Shown piece by piece: positions 1-8,596 of a stretch of 46,079 bases of DNA. A program made the position numbers and the translations under genes. This DNA is from Treponematales bacterium (GTDB taxonomy: Bacteria > Spirochaetota > Spirochaetia > Treponematales > UBA12059), in assembly GCA_041738475.1 (NCBI GenBank), contig JBGSPT010000449.1, forward strand, positions 1 to 46,079, written 5' to 3'. Every line of letters begins with the position of its first letter. The stretch's first letter is position 1. The notes beneath the pieces are model-generated. The model was not told where the DNA came from and did no database searches. It saw only the letters and a list, made by a program, of their open reading frames with translations.

Positions 1-1
1 C

Positions 2-2326
2 CTGGCCGCCAGCTACCGGCGCCCCGACGCTTCGGGGTACTACCGCACGGCGGGCATGGAGGAGGCTTCCTCCTGGACCAGTCCCTTCCGGCCTACGGGG
101 GCCTGGCCGTCGGGAGCAGACGTGGCGGCCGTGGCGGATACGGCGTCCCAGACTTTGGAAGCGCTCTTCCCGATGTTGTACGGGCGGTTCCACTCGGCGA
201 CATCCATCCAGAAAACCCTGGAGCTTTCGTTTCTAGGGATCCTTGCGACCGACGTGTCCTCCGTCGTCCGGTATGTAGACCCCGTCGCCGTCGGGGACTA
301 CCAGGCTTCTACATTCTTCGCCCGGAGGGATGCTGCCGCCTCCGGGGCCCTGCTCACGGTGACCCTGGACGGTCAGGGAACCGCGGTCTCCGTCCAGGTG
401 CCCGACACGTACCTGATCGAAACCTGGCGCCGTTTCGTGGTCCGATATGAAGGAATCCCGAAGCTCTTCTACCAGGATTCCGAGGACGGCCCGGAGTACG
501 AAGTCGCCGGGGCGACGCTTTCCGCGGACCCCTCAGTCAGCGCCGGGAGGATCACGATCTCCGTGACCGGTGTCACGACCGGATCCGTGTTCATCGACGA
601 ACTTCACTTCCTGGATCCCGCCGGGGAGGTCGCCCTGTCCGGGCGGGGGTCCTTCTCCTGGAGGAAGGACGGCACCCTGGGGGAATCCGGGGGAGGCACG
701 ATCCTGTCCGATCCGGGCATCTCGGCCAGGCTCAGCGGGACGATCTCCGAGGACTCGAACTTCGCGGGATACCTGGACGGCCGGATCGCGGTGGGCCCGG
801 TGAAACTCTCCGCGAACCTGCGGCAGGGGTACTCGGACGGGCAGTTCTCCGACGGGGCGTACGGACATAGCCTGGACCTGCCTTTGAAGCGGTTTTCTCT
901 CGGGGACAGCTTCCAATTCGATGCGGGTTCCGGGAGATTCGGGCGCAGGGATTATCTTTCCCTGGAAGCCCGGGGACTCGGCCTGGCCCTGGAGCAGTCC
1001 GCAACCTACGGAGGATCGATCCTGGAACAGTCCTGGGAAGCCAAGCTGAGCGCCGGGTCCTGGATGACCTTGAGCGGCGAGCTCTCAAACCGGGCGGCCG
1101 GCGCGGTCGACCTTTCCGCGGCCTACGGGGAGGCCTGGCTCGAGGCGTTCCGGTACGCCTTGCCCGCCCTGGAGGACCGCTCGGCCCTTCGGTCTACGAA
1201 CCTGACGGGTCTGTGGAAACTCGGGGGCGGAACCCTGAACCTGGCCGCGGACTCGGGGCTCGCGGACGCCGCGTCTCCCGCACCCGCCGCTTCCGCGGGG
1301 TTGAGCGGCCGGCTGGGATGGTCTTTCCCGGTCGGCAGGGGATCCGTGGAGCCCTACTACCGGCGCGTCTGGGCGGTCGGCGGCGTTTCCTCGTCCGCGG
1401 CGTTCATCGACGACTGGGATTTCTGGATCGACCGGTTCTGCGCATCCGAGTACCTCTACCGGTCCATCCCCTTCGCGGAGCTCTTCGATCCCTTTACCGC
1501 CGACCTGTTCGAATCCGCCGCCCAGGGGACGAACTCGAGCGGCTACAAACCCGAGGCGGGGGTACTTTTCGGACGACGGTACGGTTCGAGCTGGACGGAC
1601 CTGGTGGTTCCGAACAAGGCGGCCCTGTCCCTGCGCAGGGAGCTGACTTCATCCCTGGACACGGTGACGGACGCCCTGGTCTGGGAGGCTTCCGCCTCCA
1701 TGGCCGCGGTCAATCTCTTCGGATCCCGAGGCACCTACCGGGCCTCCCGGTTGTATGCGGTGGACGAGTATTCCCAGCGATTCGCGGCTTCCCTGACCGC
1801 GTACAAGGACGACCCGGATCCTCTTTCGGCCTTCGCCCATACGGCCCTGGCCTCTTTCTACACGAGCCGGGAGGACAACCTGGTGGCGGAGAGCCGGCTG
1901 GATCTGAAGGAATCCCAGGACGGTCTTGCATGGAGCGAGCGCCTGTCCCTGAACCTGACCCTGCGGCCTCCCCGGACCTGGCTCGGGGACCTGGTGGCGC
2001 GGCTCCTGGAGAACTCCGAGGGGGATGCCGGTGCCGCGGGCGATGCGGATCCGTCCCTGGTATCCGGCTTCTGGAATTCCCTGAAAGCCTCCCGGGGAAG
2101 GCTTTCGGAGCTGTGGGCGGTATCGATCCTGATCAAACGTCCCTACGCGTACCAGGACCGGTTCGACATCGAACTCGCGCAATCCTACGAGACCAAGTAT
2201 GTCGCGTCCCAAAAGGCCAGTCTCTGGGCCCGACTGGGGACCTGGCAGACCCTGAATCTACTGTCGGACGAGGACTACTGGACGATGGGGTTCGAATTGA
2301 CCCTCGGCGCCCGCGTCATCTTCTGA
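2..2326 (+). CDS. Large hypothetical protein, 3' part (5' end runs off the window); possible outer-membrane or surface beta-rich protein
   Basis: The reading frame is open from nt 2, with no stop before the first ATG at 56. GC3-rich codon usage, more than 756 aa, Gly/Ser/Ala/Leu/Tyr/Trp-rich. The C-terminus ...ELTLGARVIF ends in Phe, as in many BAM-dependent beta-barrel proteins. No catalytic motif recognised. Confidence 0.55.
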   Translation: MAASYRRPDASGYYRTAGMEEASSWTSPFRPTGAWPSGADVAAVADTASQTLEALFPMLYGRFHSATSIQKTLELSFLGILATDVSSVVRYVDPVAVGDYQASTFFARRDAAASGALLTVTLDGQGTAVSVQVPDTYLIETWRRFVVRYEGIPKLFYQDSEDGPEYEVAGATLSADPSVSAGRITISVTGVTTGSVFIDELHFLDPAGEVALSGRGSFSWRKDGTLGESGGGTILSDPGISARLSGTISEDSNFAGYLDGRIAVGPVKLSANLRQGYSDGQFSDGAYGHSLDLPLKRFSLGDSFQFDAGSGRFGRRDYLSLEARGLGLALEQSATYGGSILEQSWEAKLSAGSWMTLSGELSNRAAGAVDLSAAYGEAWLEAFRYALPALEDRSALRSTNLTGLWKLGGGTLNLAADSGLADAASPAPAASAGLSGRLGWSFPVGRGSVEPYYRRVWAVGGVSSSAAFIDDWDFWIDRFCASEYLYRSIPFAELFDPFTADLFESAAQGTNSSGYKPEAGVLFGRRYGSSWTDLVVPNKAALSLRRELTSSLDTVTDALVWEASASMAAVNLFGSRGTYRASRLYAVDEYSQRFAASLTAYKDDPDPLSAFAHTALASFYTSREDNLVAESRLDLKESQDGLAWSERLSLNLTLRPPRTWLGDLVARLLENSEGDAGAAGDADPSLVSGFWNSLKASRGRLSELWAVSILIKRPYAYQDRFDIELAQSYETKYVASQKASLWARLGTWQTLNLLSDEDYWTMGFELTLGARVIF

Positions 2327-2372
2327 CGGAAGCCCGCGGAGGCAGTCCGGGGATGCGAAGACCGTCGGAACC

Positions 2373-2402
2373 TTGACATCCCCGGCGCCCCGGGACCATA
2401 TT
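2373..2402 (+). promoter_or_regulatory. Candidate sigma-70-type promoter of metG (leaderless geometry)
   Basis: TTGACA (2373-2378), 18-nt spacer, CATATT (2397-2402), then 8 nt to the metG ATG at 2411. No purine-rich Shine-Dalgarno in between. Confidence 0.4.
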
Positions 2403-2410
2403 GAACCGCC

Positions 2411-4708
2411 ATGAAAAGAAGACTCATCACCAGCGCACTTCCCTACGTCAACAACATTCCCCATCTCGGAAACCTGATCCAGGTGCTTTCCGCGGACGTG
2501 TTCGCCCGGTTCTGCCGCCTTCGGGGCTACGAGACCCTCTACGTCTGCGGCACCGACGAGTACGGCACCGCCACGGAGACCAAGGCCCTGGAAGAGGGCA
2601 TCACCCCCCGGGAACTCTGCGACCGGTTCTACGTTGTTCACCGGGACATCTACGACTGGTTCGGCATCTCCTTCGACAAGTTCGGACGTACAAGCACACC
2701 CCAGCAGACCGAGATCGTCCAGGGTCTGTTCAAGGACATCGACGCCGCAGGATACGTCAAGGAACAGTCGATTGAACAGCTCTACTGCGAATCCTGCGGA
2801 CGCTTCCTGGCGGACCGCTACGTCCGGGGCACCTGCCCCCACTGCGCCTATCCGGACGCCCGGGGCGATCAGTGCGAGTCCTGCGGCAAGCTTCTGGACC
2901 CGACGGAACTCAAGGATCCCAAGTGCTCCACCTGCGGCGCCGCCCCGAAACCCAGGTCCACCTCCCACCTATACATCGACCTTCCCGCCATCCGGCCCAG
3001 ACTGGAGGCCTGGATGAAGGAAGCCAGCGTCAAGGGTTTCTGGGCGAACAACGCCGTCCAGATGACCCAGGCCTGGATCCGGGACGGGCTCCGGGAACGC
3101 GCCATCACCCGGGACCTCAAGTGGGGCATCCCCGTTCCCAAGCCGGGGTTCGAGAAGAAAGTCTTCTACGTCTGGTTCGACGCCCCCATAGGGTACATCT
3201 CCATCACCGCCTGCCTGGCCGACGAGAAGGGCTGGGACTGGAAGACCTGGTGGCAGTCCCCCGGGGACGTGGAGCTCTACCAGTTCATCGGAAAGGACAA
3301 CATTCCCTTCCACACGGTCATCTTCCCCTCCACCCTGCTCGGCTCCGGCCGGCCCTGGACCATGCTCCACCACATGTCCAGCACCGAGTACCTGAACTAC
3401 GAGAGCGGCAAGTTCTCCAAGTCCAAGGGGATCGGGGTCTTCGGCAACGACGCCGTGGATTCCGGGATTCCCGCTGACGTGTGGCGCTTCTACATCTATT
3501 ACAACCGCCCCGAAAAGAGCGACGTGACCTTCACCTGGAGCGACTTCCAGGAGAAGGTGAACGGCGAGCTGATCGGCAACCTGGGAAACCTGGCCAACCG
3601 GACTCTCACCTTCGTTCAGAGATTCTACGACGGCGCGGTTCCCGAGGGGGAACCGGACCCGGACTTCTGGGCGGAGATACGGAAGATCTACGAAAAGATC
3701 ACCGACCACCTGGAACGGGCCGAACTCCGGGACGCCTTCCGGGCGGCCTTTACGATTTCCGGAATCGCGAACAAGCGCTTCCAGGACGGCGAACCCTGGA
3801 AGGCGCGCACCCAGGACCCGGCCAAGGCCGGCGGCCTGATCCGGGACCTTTGCTACGTGCTCAAGGATCTCTCGATATTGCTGCATCCCTACATTCCGGG
3901 GGCCGCGGACAGACTTGCCGGATTCTTCGGATTGAAGACCGGCAACGGCGGATTGACCTGGAAGGACCTCGGCGTGCTCGAGGGTCTCGGGCGCATCACC
4001 GTACCGGAAGTCCTCTTCGCCAAGCTCGAGGACGAGCGGATCGCCGAACTTCGGGAACGGTACGCGGGAAGCCAAAAGGACCGGGCGGACCGGGAATCCG
4101 CGAAGACCTCCGGCGAAGCCCCGTCGGCCGGAACGACTCCGGCGCCCCCGGCTCGGCCGGAACCTACGGCGGTAGCCGCCACGTCCGCGCCGGCTCCCTA
4201 CGCGGACCTCCCCGCGGAAGACCGCTTCGCCCGGCTCGTAGACCTTCGGGCCGCGAAAATCGTGAAAATCGAGCGACATCCCAAGGCGGACAAGCTCTAT
4301 ATCGAGACCCTGGACGACGGCTCCGGGTCGGATCGGGTCATCGTCTCGGGCCTGGTTCCCTTCTACAAGGAGGAGGAACTCCTCGGCAAGACCATCGTGC
4401 TTGTGAACAACCTCAAGCCCGCCAAGCTGCGGGGAGTGGAAAGCCGGGGAATGCTCCTGGCGGCGTCCAAGGACGGCCCCGAGGGTCGGGAGGTCGTGGA
4501 AGTGCTGGAGACCCCTTGGGCCGCGCCGGGAACCCGGGTATCCCTGGAAGGCGACGCGTTCGAAACCCCCGCCGAGATCGATATAGACACCTTCTTCTCC
4601 ATGCCGATCCGTACCGAGGGCGGAACCGTCCAGGTGGGCCCCCGGTCTCTGCAGGCCGAAGGCCGGACCCTATCGACGGCACGGGTCATGGACGGGAATG
4701 TCGGCTGA
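2411..4708 (+). CDS. metG: Methionyl-tRNA synthetase with C-terminal tRNA-binding (EMAP/Trbp111-like) domain
   Basis: HIGH-type motif (PYVNNIPHLGNL), KMSKS-type motif (KFSKSKG) and Zn-knuckle cysteines (CESCG...CPHC...CESCG...CSTCG). The C-terminal OB-fold segment (KIVKIERHPKADKLYIETLDDGSG...) follows a Pro/Ala-rich linker. Confidence 0.95.
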   Translation: MKRRLITSALPYVNNIPHLGNLIQVLSADVFARFCRLRGYETLYVCGTDEYGTATETKALEEGITPRELCDRFYVVHRDIYDWFGISFDKFGRTSTPQQTEIVQGLFKDIDAAGYVKEQSIEQLYCESCGRFLADRYVRGTCPHCAYPDARGDQCESCGKLLDPTELKDPKCSTCGAAPKPRSTSHLYIDLPAIRPRLEAWMKEASVKGFWANNAVQMTQAWIRDGLRERAITRDLKWGIPVPKPGFEKKVFYVWFDAPIGYISITACLADEKGWDWKTWWQSPGDVELYQFIGKDNIPFHTVIFPSTLLGSGRPWTMLHHMSSTEYLNYESGKFSKSKGIGVFGNDAVDSGIPADVWRFYIYYNRPEKSDVTFTWSDFQEKVNGELIGNLGNLANRTLTFVQRFYDGAVPEGEPDPDFWAEIRKIYEKITDHLERAELRDAFRAAFTISGIANKRFQDGEPWKARTQDPAKAGGLIRDLCYVLKDLSILLHPYIPGAADRLAGFFGLKTGNGGLTWKDLGVLEGLGRITVPEVLFAKLEDERIAELRERYAGSQKDRADRESAKTSGEAPSAGTTPAPPARPEPTAVAATSAPAPYADLPAEDRFARLVDLRAAKIVKIERHPKADKLYIETLDDGSGSDRVIVSGLVPFYKEEELLGKTIVLVNNLKPAKLRGVESRGMLLAASKDGPEGREVVEVLETPWAAPGTRVSLEGDAFETPAEIDIDTFFSMPIRTEGGTVQVGPRSLQAEGRTLSTARVMDGNVG

Positions 4709-5789
4709 TACTGCGGCTGCAGGTCCGGACATCCCCGTACTCCGCCCGGCCACCCGGGGGGACTGCGACGCCGGGGCGGCAACCTTTCTCCAGTCGGGTT
4801 TCTGGGGAGCCTTTAAATCCGAGTTCGGGTGGAGGCCGCTGCATTTCCTGACGGGACAGCCCGGTGAGTCCCTGCTCGTGCTGGAGCGCTCCCTGATCCG
4901 GGGATTCTCGTTCGCCTACATTCCCCGCGGACCCTGTGCGGGAAGTACCGGCGCCGCGGATCCCGAGAGGCTCGTCGACATCGCGGAAGCCCTGGGCCCC
5001 CGGCTTTCGGGGGAATGCGTCTTCCTCCGGGTGGATCCTCCCTGGTTCGCCGAGGACGACGGAGGGAATCCGACGACGCTTTTTTCGCCGGCCTTTCCCT
5101 TCCGCAAGGCGGGATCGGATGTTCAGCCCCCGGACACGACCGTCCTGGATCTCCGAGGAGCTGCGGACGAGGACCTTCTTTCCCGGATGAAACCCAAGTG
5201 GCGATACAACATCAAGTACGCGGAAAAAAAAGGGATCGTTGTTTCTCCGGAGACGGGGCCCGAGGCGATACGTACCTTCTATTCCCTGTACCGTGCCACA
5301 TCCCGGCGGGATCGCATAGCCCTGCATCCGGAACGGTACTACGAGCGTCTGGTTTCGCTGGCGGGTGAATACGGCCCGGGAGCCCCGGACATCCGCGTGT
5401 GGATCGCCCGGTACCGCGGCGAAGCCCTGGCCGCCATTATAACGTCCTTTTTCCGCGATGAAGCGGTATACTTGTATGGTGCCTCCGGGGACCAGCACCG
5501 GAACCTCATGCCCGCCTACGCGCTTCAATGGTCGGCTATCCGGGCAGCCCGGGACGCGGCGTGCGGGCGGTATGATTTCTTCGGCATACCGCCCTCCGAC
5601 GATCCCGCTCATCCCATGGCCGGCCTGTACCGCTTTAAGACGGGTTTCGGGGGAATCACCCGCAGGTATCCGGGGTCCTGGGATTATCCGCTGAAAAAAC
5701 CGTCCTACGGAGCCTATCGGGCGGCGGAAGGTCTGCGGTATTTCTGGCACAAGACGCTGCGGAAGCGGTTGATGGGAGGAAGACGATGA
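4698..5789 (+). CDS. FemAB-family peptidoglycan interpeptide-bridge aminoacyltransferase (lipid II:glycine glycyltransferase-like)
   Basis: N-terminal FLQSGFWGAFK, then MKPKWRYNIKYAEKKGI and YLYGASGDQHRNLMPAYALQW, are typical of FemA/FemB/FemX-type tRNA-dependent transferases. The ATG at 4698 overlaps the metG stop by 11 nt. Confidence 0.8.
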   Translation: MSADTAAAGPDIPVLRPATRGDCDAGAATFLQSGFWGAFKSEFGWRPLHFLTGQPGESLLVLERSLIRGFSFAYIPRGPCAGSTGAADPERLVDIAEALGPRLSGECVFLRVDPPWFAEDDGGNPTTLFSPAFPFRKAGSDVQPPDTTVLDLRGAADEDLLSRMKPKWRYNIKYAEKKGIVVSPETGPEAIRTFYSLYRATSRRDRIALHPERYYERLVSLAGEYGPGAPDIRVWIARYRGEALAAIITSFFRDEAVYLYGASGDQHRNLMPAYALQWSAIRAARDAACGRYDFFGIPPSDDPAHPMAGLYRFKTGFGGITRRYPGSWDYPLKKPSYGAYRAAEGLRYFWHKTLRKRLMGGRR

Positions 5790-6088
5790 GCGTGTTCGTC
5801 AGCATCGAGGACGGGGAGGGCGAGCACCTGGAGCCGGTGTTCGAAGTCATCCACATACTCCGCAGGTTTCGCCATCCCAAGGGCTACGCGTGCCTGGCCT
5901 TCATCGACGAGACGGAGGACGCCGCGTTCAACCAGAAACAGCTGCCCATCCTGCTTCGAGAGCTGGCGGAACTTTCTTCCCTGGACCTGAAACCGGAGGA
6001 GAGGGAGGAGCTGGAACGCATCGCCGCGGCCTGTTCCCGCGCGGCAGGCAGAAACCGGGTCTACGCGAAATTCTACGGTGAGGAATGA
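5786..6088 (+). CDS. Small acidic hypothetical protein (100 aa), translationally coupled to the FemAB-like gene
   Basis: ATGA start/stop overlap with the upstream gene (5786-5789). GC3-rich codons and a non-artefactual (Glu/Leu-rich) composition. No family recognised. Confidence 0.55.
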   Translation: MSVFVSIEDGEGEHLEPVFEVIHILRRFRHPKGYACLAFIDETEDAAFNQKQLPILLRELAELSSLDLKPEEREELERIAAACSRAAGRNRVYAKFYGEE

Positions 6089-6099
6089 AGCCCGGGGCC

Positions 6100-6948
6100 T
6101 CACCGTACCTTGACGAAGGTTCCGGAGCCGAACTCCTTGTACGCCTGATCGATCTCGCACATCTCGTTCATGACCACCGGGCCCTTCCAGGCAACGGGCT
6201 CTCCCAGGGGAGTCCCCGACAGAAGAAGGAATCGGACGCCCCGCGCTCCGGCCCGGAACCGCACGGAGTCCCCGTCGCCCAGGATATAGGTGCCAGCGGC
6301 GCGGAGTCCGTCGAAGGGGAGGCTGGCCACTTCGGCCAGGTTGCCCTCGAAGACATGGACGATCGCCGTCCGGCCTGCGGGGATTTCCGCGGCGAAGACC
6401 GCCCCCGGCTCGAGTTCCACATCCAGCAGACCGGGCTGCCCATGGATGCCTACGACAGGACCGGATGCCCCCCCGAAGCGACCCGCTAGCACCCGAACCT
6501 TTCCGGAAAGGATGGGGACCACGGGTATTTCCTCCGGACCGGCTTCCCGGTATTCCGGATCGACCATCTTCGAGGAACGGGGCAGATTGACCCAGAGCTG
6601 AAAGCCCCGGAGAACCGCCGATTCCAGGGGCATCTCCTCGTGGATGATTCCGGAACCCGCGGTCATCCATTGGAGGCAGCCCGGGCCGATCATGCAGGCG
6701 TTGCCCAGGGAATCGACCTGCCTGAGGAAACCCGACAGCATGTAGGTGACCATATCGATTCCCCGGTGCGGATGGAGCGGAAAGCCCGCGGAATAGTCCG
6801 CGGGGGATCGGGAGTGCACTTCGTCGAGCAGAAGAAAGGGATCGGTGAGTTTCTCGGTCCCTGTCCCGAAGTGTCTGTGCACCAGGACCCCGGCTCCGTC
6901 GCGGATGGTACGAGACTCCAGGATCCTATCGAGCCCGCGTTCCGCCAT
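6100..6948 (-). CDS. Pirin-family (bicupin) protein
   Basis: Cupin metal-site motif GFPLHPHRGIDMVTYML. The length (282 aa) and C-terminal second cupin are typical of pirins. GGAGGG Shine-Dalgarno upstream of the ATG. Confidence 0.9.
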   Translation of the reverse strand: MAERGLDRILESRTIRDGAGVLVHRHFGTGTEKLTDPFLLLDEVHSRSPADYSAGFPLHPHRGIDMVTYMLSGFLRQVDSLGNACMIGPGCLQWMTAGSGIIHEEMPLESAVLRGFQLWVNLPRSSKMVDPEYREAGPEEIPVVPILSGKVRVLAGRFGGASGPVVGIHGQPGLLDVELEPGAVFAAEIPAGRTAIVHVFEGNLAEVASLPFDGLRAAGTYILGDGDSVRFRAGARGVRFLLLSGTPLGEPVAWKGPVVMNEMCEIDQAYKEFGSGTFVKVR

Positions 6949-7005
6949 CCCTGCCCTCCATACCCAGTATACTCCTTCCCGTCACCGGGGAAAACAGGAT
7001 AGAGT

Positions 7006-7734
7006 ATGGACATGGGTAGGGACAATCCCGGCTTCTGTAAAATACCGGCGGAGGGGTCGTGGCTAACCGCCGATCGGTTTCGAGCGGCCGCCGTTCTGGC
7101 CGGGGGTGCCAGCGAGAGGATGGGGGGCCGGGACAAGCAATTCCTGGATGCGGGCGGGGAGCCCCTTGCGTACCGCATCCTGCGGCGCCTGGGGAACTTC
7201 TTTCCGGAGCTGGCGGTGGTCACGAATCGCCCTGAAGAATATTTCGACTTTCCCGGGAAGGTGGCCGCCTTTCCGGACCGGGTAAAGGGATACGGTCCGC
7301 TCTCGGGACTGCATGCGGCCTTGTCCGAGTCCTCGTCGCCCTGGGTGTACGTGGTGGCTTGCGACACTCCGGAATTCGACCCCCGATGGGTCTCGATGCT
7401 CGCGGAAGCCGTCCTCGGGGAAGAAAGGGCGGACCGCCCGCTCCTGGCCGCGGCTGCCGCCTTCGGGGCGCACATGGAGCCCTTCCACGCCTTCTATTCC
7501 CGCGACCTGCTTCCGCATATCGAGGCGTGTTTCAAACGCCGGGATTCCCGGGAGAGATACTGCTCCATCGCCTCCGTTCTCCGGGGACTTCCGTTCCTGC
7601 GGGTATCGGAAGACCGAGTAAGGACGCTGTTCCCGGATTGGCGGCTTTTCCGGAACATCAACACCCCCGGGGACTGGGAATCCTACCGGAGGAGAGAATC
7701 CTGCGACACCGATCCGATCGCGCCCGACGAATGA
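7006..7734 (+). CDS. mobA: Molybdenum cofactor guanylyltransferase (MobA-like NTP transferase)
   Basis: N-terminal AAVLAGGASERMGGRDKQFL and the later YVVACDTP motif are typical of MobA. The exact start is uncertain (ATG 7006 or 7012, or a later alternative). Confidence 0.8.
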   Translation: MDMGRDNPGFCKIPAEGSWLTADRFRAAAVLAGGASERMGGRDKQFLDAGGEPLAYRILRRLGNFFPELAVVTNRPEEYFDFPGKVAAFPDRVKGYGPLSGLHAALSESSSPWVYVVACDTPEFDPRWVSMLAEAVLGEERADRPLLAAAAAFGAHMEPFHAFYSRDLLPHIEACFKRRDSRERYCSIASVLRGLPFLRVSEDRVRTLFPDWRLFRNINTPGDWESYRRRESCDTDPIAPDE

Positions 7735-7750
7735 GCCTGAACCCGGAAAA

Positions 7751-7772
7751 CGGACGAGGGCATCCTCGTCCG
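7751..7772 (+). terminator. Perfect 9-bp GC-rich hairpin just after the mobA stop (possible terminator or attenuator, no U-tract)
   Basis: CGGACGAGG-gcat-CCTCGTCCG sits 17 nt after the mobA stop and 26 nt before the RraA-like GTG start. It is not followed by a T run. Confidence 0.35.
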
Positions 7773-7797
7773 GATGTCATCGGCAGGGAGGTAGACC

Positions 7798-8484
7798 GTG
7801 TGGAAGAACGATGAGGAACTGTTCGCCTTGATGCGGGAGCGGCTGTTTCCGGCGGTGGTCGGGGACATCCTGGATACCATGGGATATCTGCATCAATTCC
7901 TGGTTCCCGAAATACGACCCCTGAGGTCCGACATGATAGTCCTGGGCAGGGCGATGCCGGTCCTGGAGGCGGATTTCTTCTCCGCCGCGGAACCGGACGG
8001 ACAGCTCCCGCTCAGCCGTCAGCCCTTCGGCCTCTTGTTCCGCGCCCTTGATGATCTCAAGACCCGGGAGGTCTATGTCGCCACAGGCTGTTCTCCGCGT
8101 TTCGCTCTCTGGGGAGGACTGATGACCACCCGGGCGCTGCACCTGAAGGCCGCCGGAGCCGTGCTGGACGGGTATTCCCGGGACACACCGGAGGTAGTCG
8201 CCCTGGGCCTTCCGGTCTTCTCCTACGGAGGATACGCCCAGGACCAAGGACCCCGCGGCAAGGTAGTCGACTTCCGTATCCCCGTAGAGATCAAGGGAGT
8301 CCGGATCCGACCCGGGGAAATCGTCTTCGGGGACCAGGACGGAGTCCTCGTAATCCCGGGACCGGCGGAAGAAGAAGCCGTGCGACTCGCACTGGAGAAG
8401 GCGGGTACGGAAAACAAGGTACGCTCGGCGATCCAACGGGGGATGAGCACCGAGGAGGCTTTCAAGACCTTCGGGGTGATGTAA
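7798..8484 (+). CDS. RraA-family protein (RNase E regulator / 4-hydroxy-4-methyl-2-oxoglutarate aldolase fold)
   Basis: WGGLMTTRALHLKAAGAVLDGYSRD and DQDGVLVIP are typical of the RraA/HMG-aldolase family. GTG start with a GGGAGG Shine-Dalgarno 7 nt upstream. Confidence 0.85.
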   Translation: MWKNDEELFALMRERLFPAVVGDILDTMGYLHQFLVPEIRPLRSDMIVLGRAMPVLEADFFSAAEPDGQLPLSRQPFGLLFRALDDLKTREVYVATGCSPRFALWGGLMTTRALHLKAAGAVLDGYSRDTPEVVALGLPVFSYGGYAQDQGPRGKVVDFRIPVEIKGVRIRPGEIVFGDQDGVLVIPGPAEEEAVRLALEKAGTENKVRSAIQRGMSTEEAFKTFGVM

Positions 8485-8523
8485 ACGTGGTACCAAGGCG
8501 GAGTACTCGAGCCGCCTGAATCA

Positions 8524-8552
8524 TTGACATTGTCCCGTCCGGGCGCGAAAAT
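8524..8552 (+). promoter_or_regulatory. Candidate promoter of the sensor-kinase operon
   Basis: TTGACA (8524-8529), 17-nt spacer, GAAAAT (8547-8552). About 40 nt of leader follows, carrying AGGAGG before the start codon. Confidence 0.35.
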
Positions 8553-8596
8553 TTCCCTTTTACCGCGATCGTCGACGATCCAGGAGGTTGCCTCCG

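Noticed and set aside
2969-4279. 436-aa ORF on the minus strand, antisense to metG
   Set aside because: Its extreme Arg/Gly/Pro/Val composition has no motifs, and it lies entirely within a well-supported synthetase gene. This is a typical GC-rich shadow ORF.
8496-8517. Hairpin AGGCGG...CCGCCT after the RraA-like gene as a terminator
   Set aside because: It has only a 6-bp stem with a 10-nt self-complementary loop and no U-tract. That is too weak to call from sequence alone.
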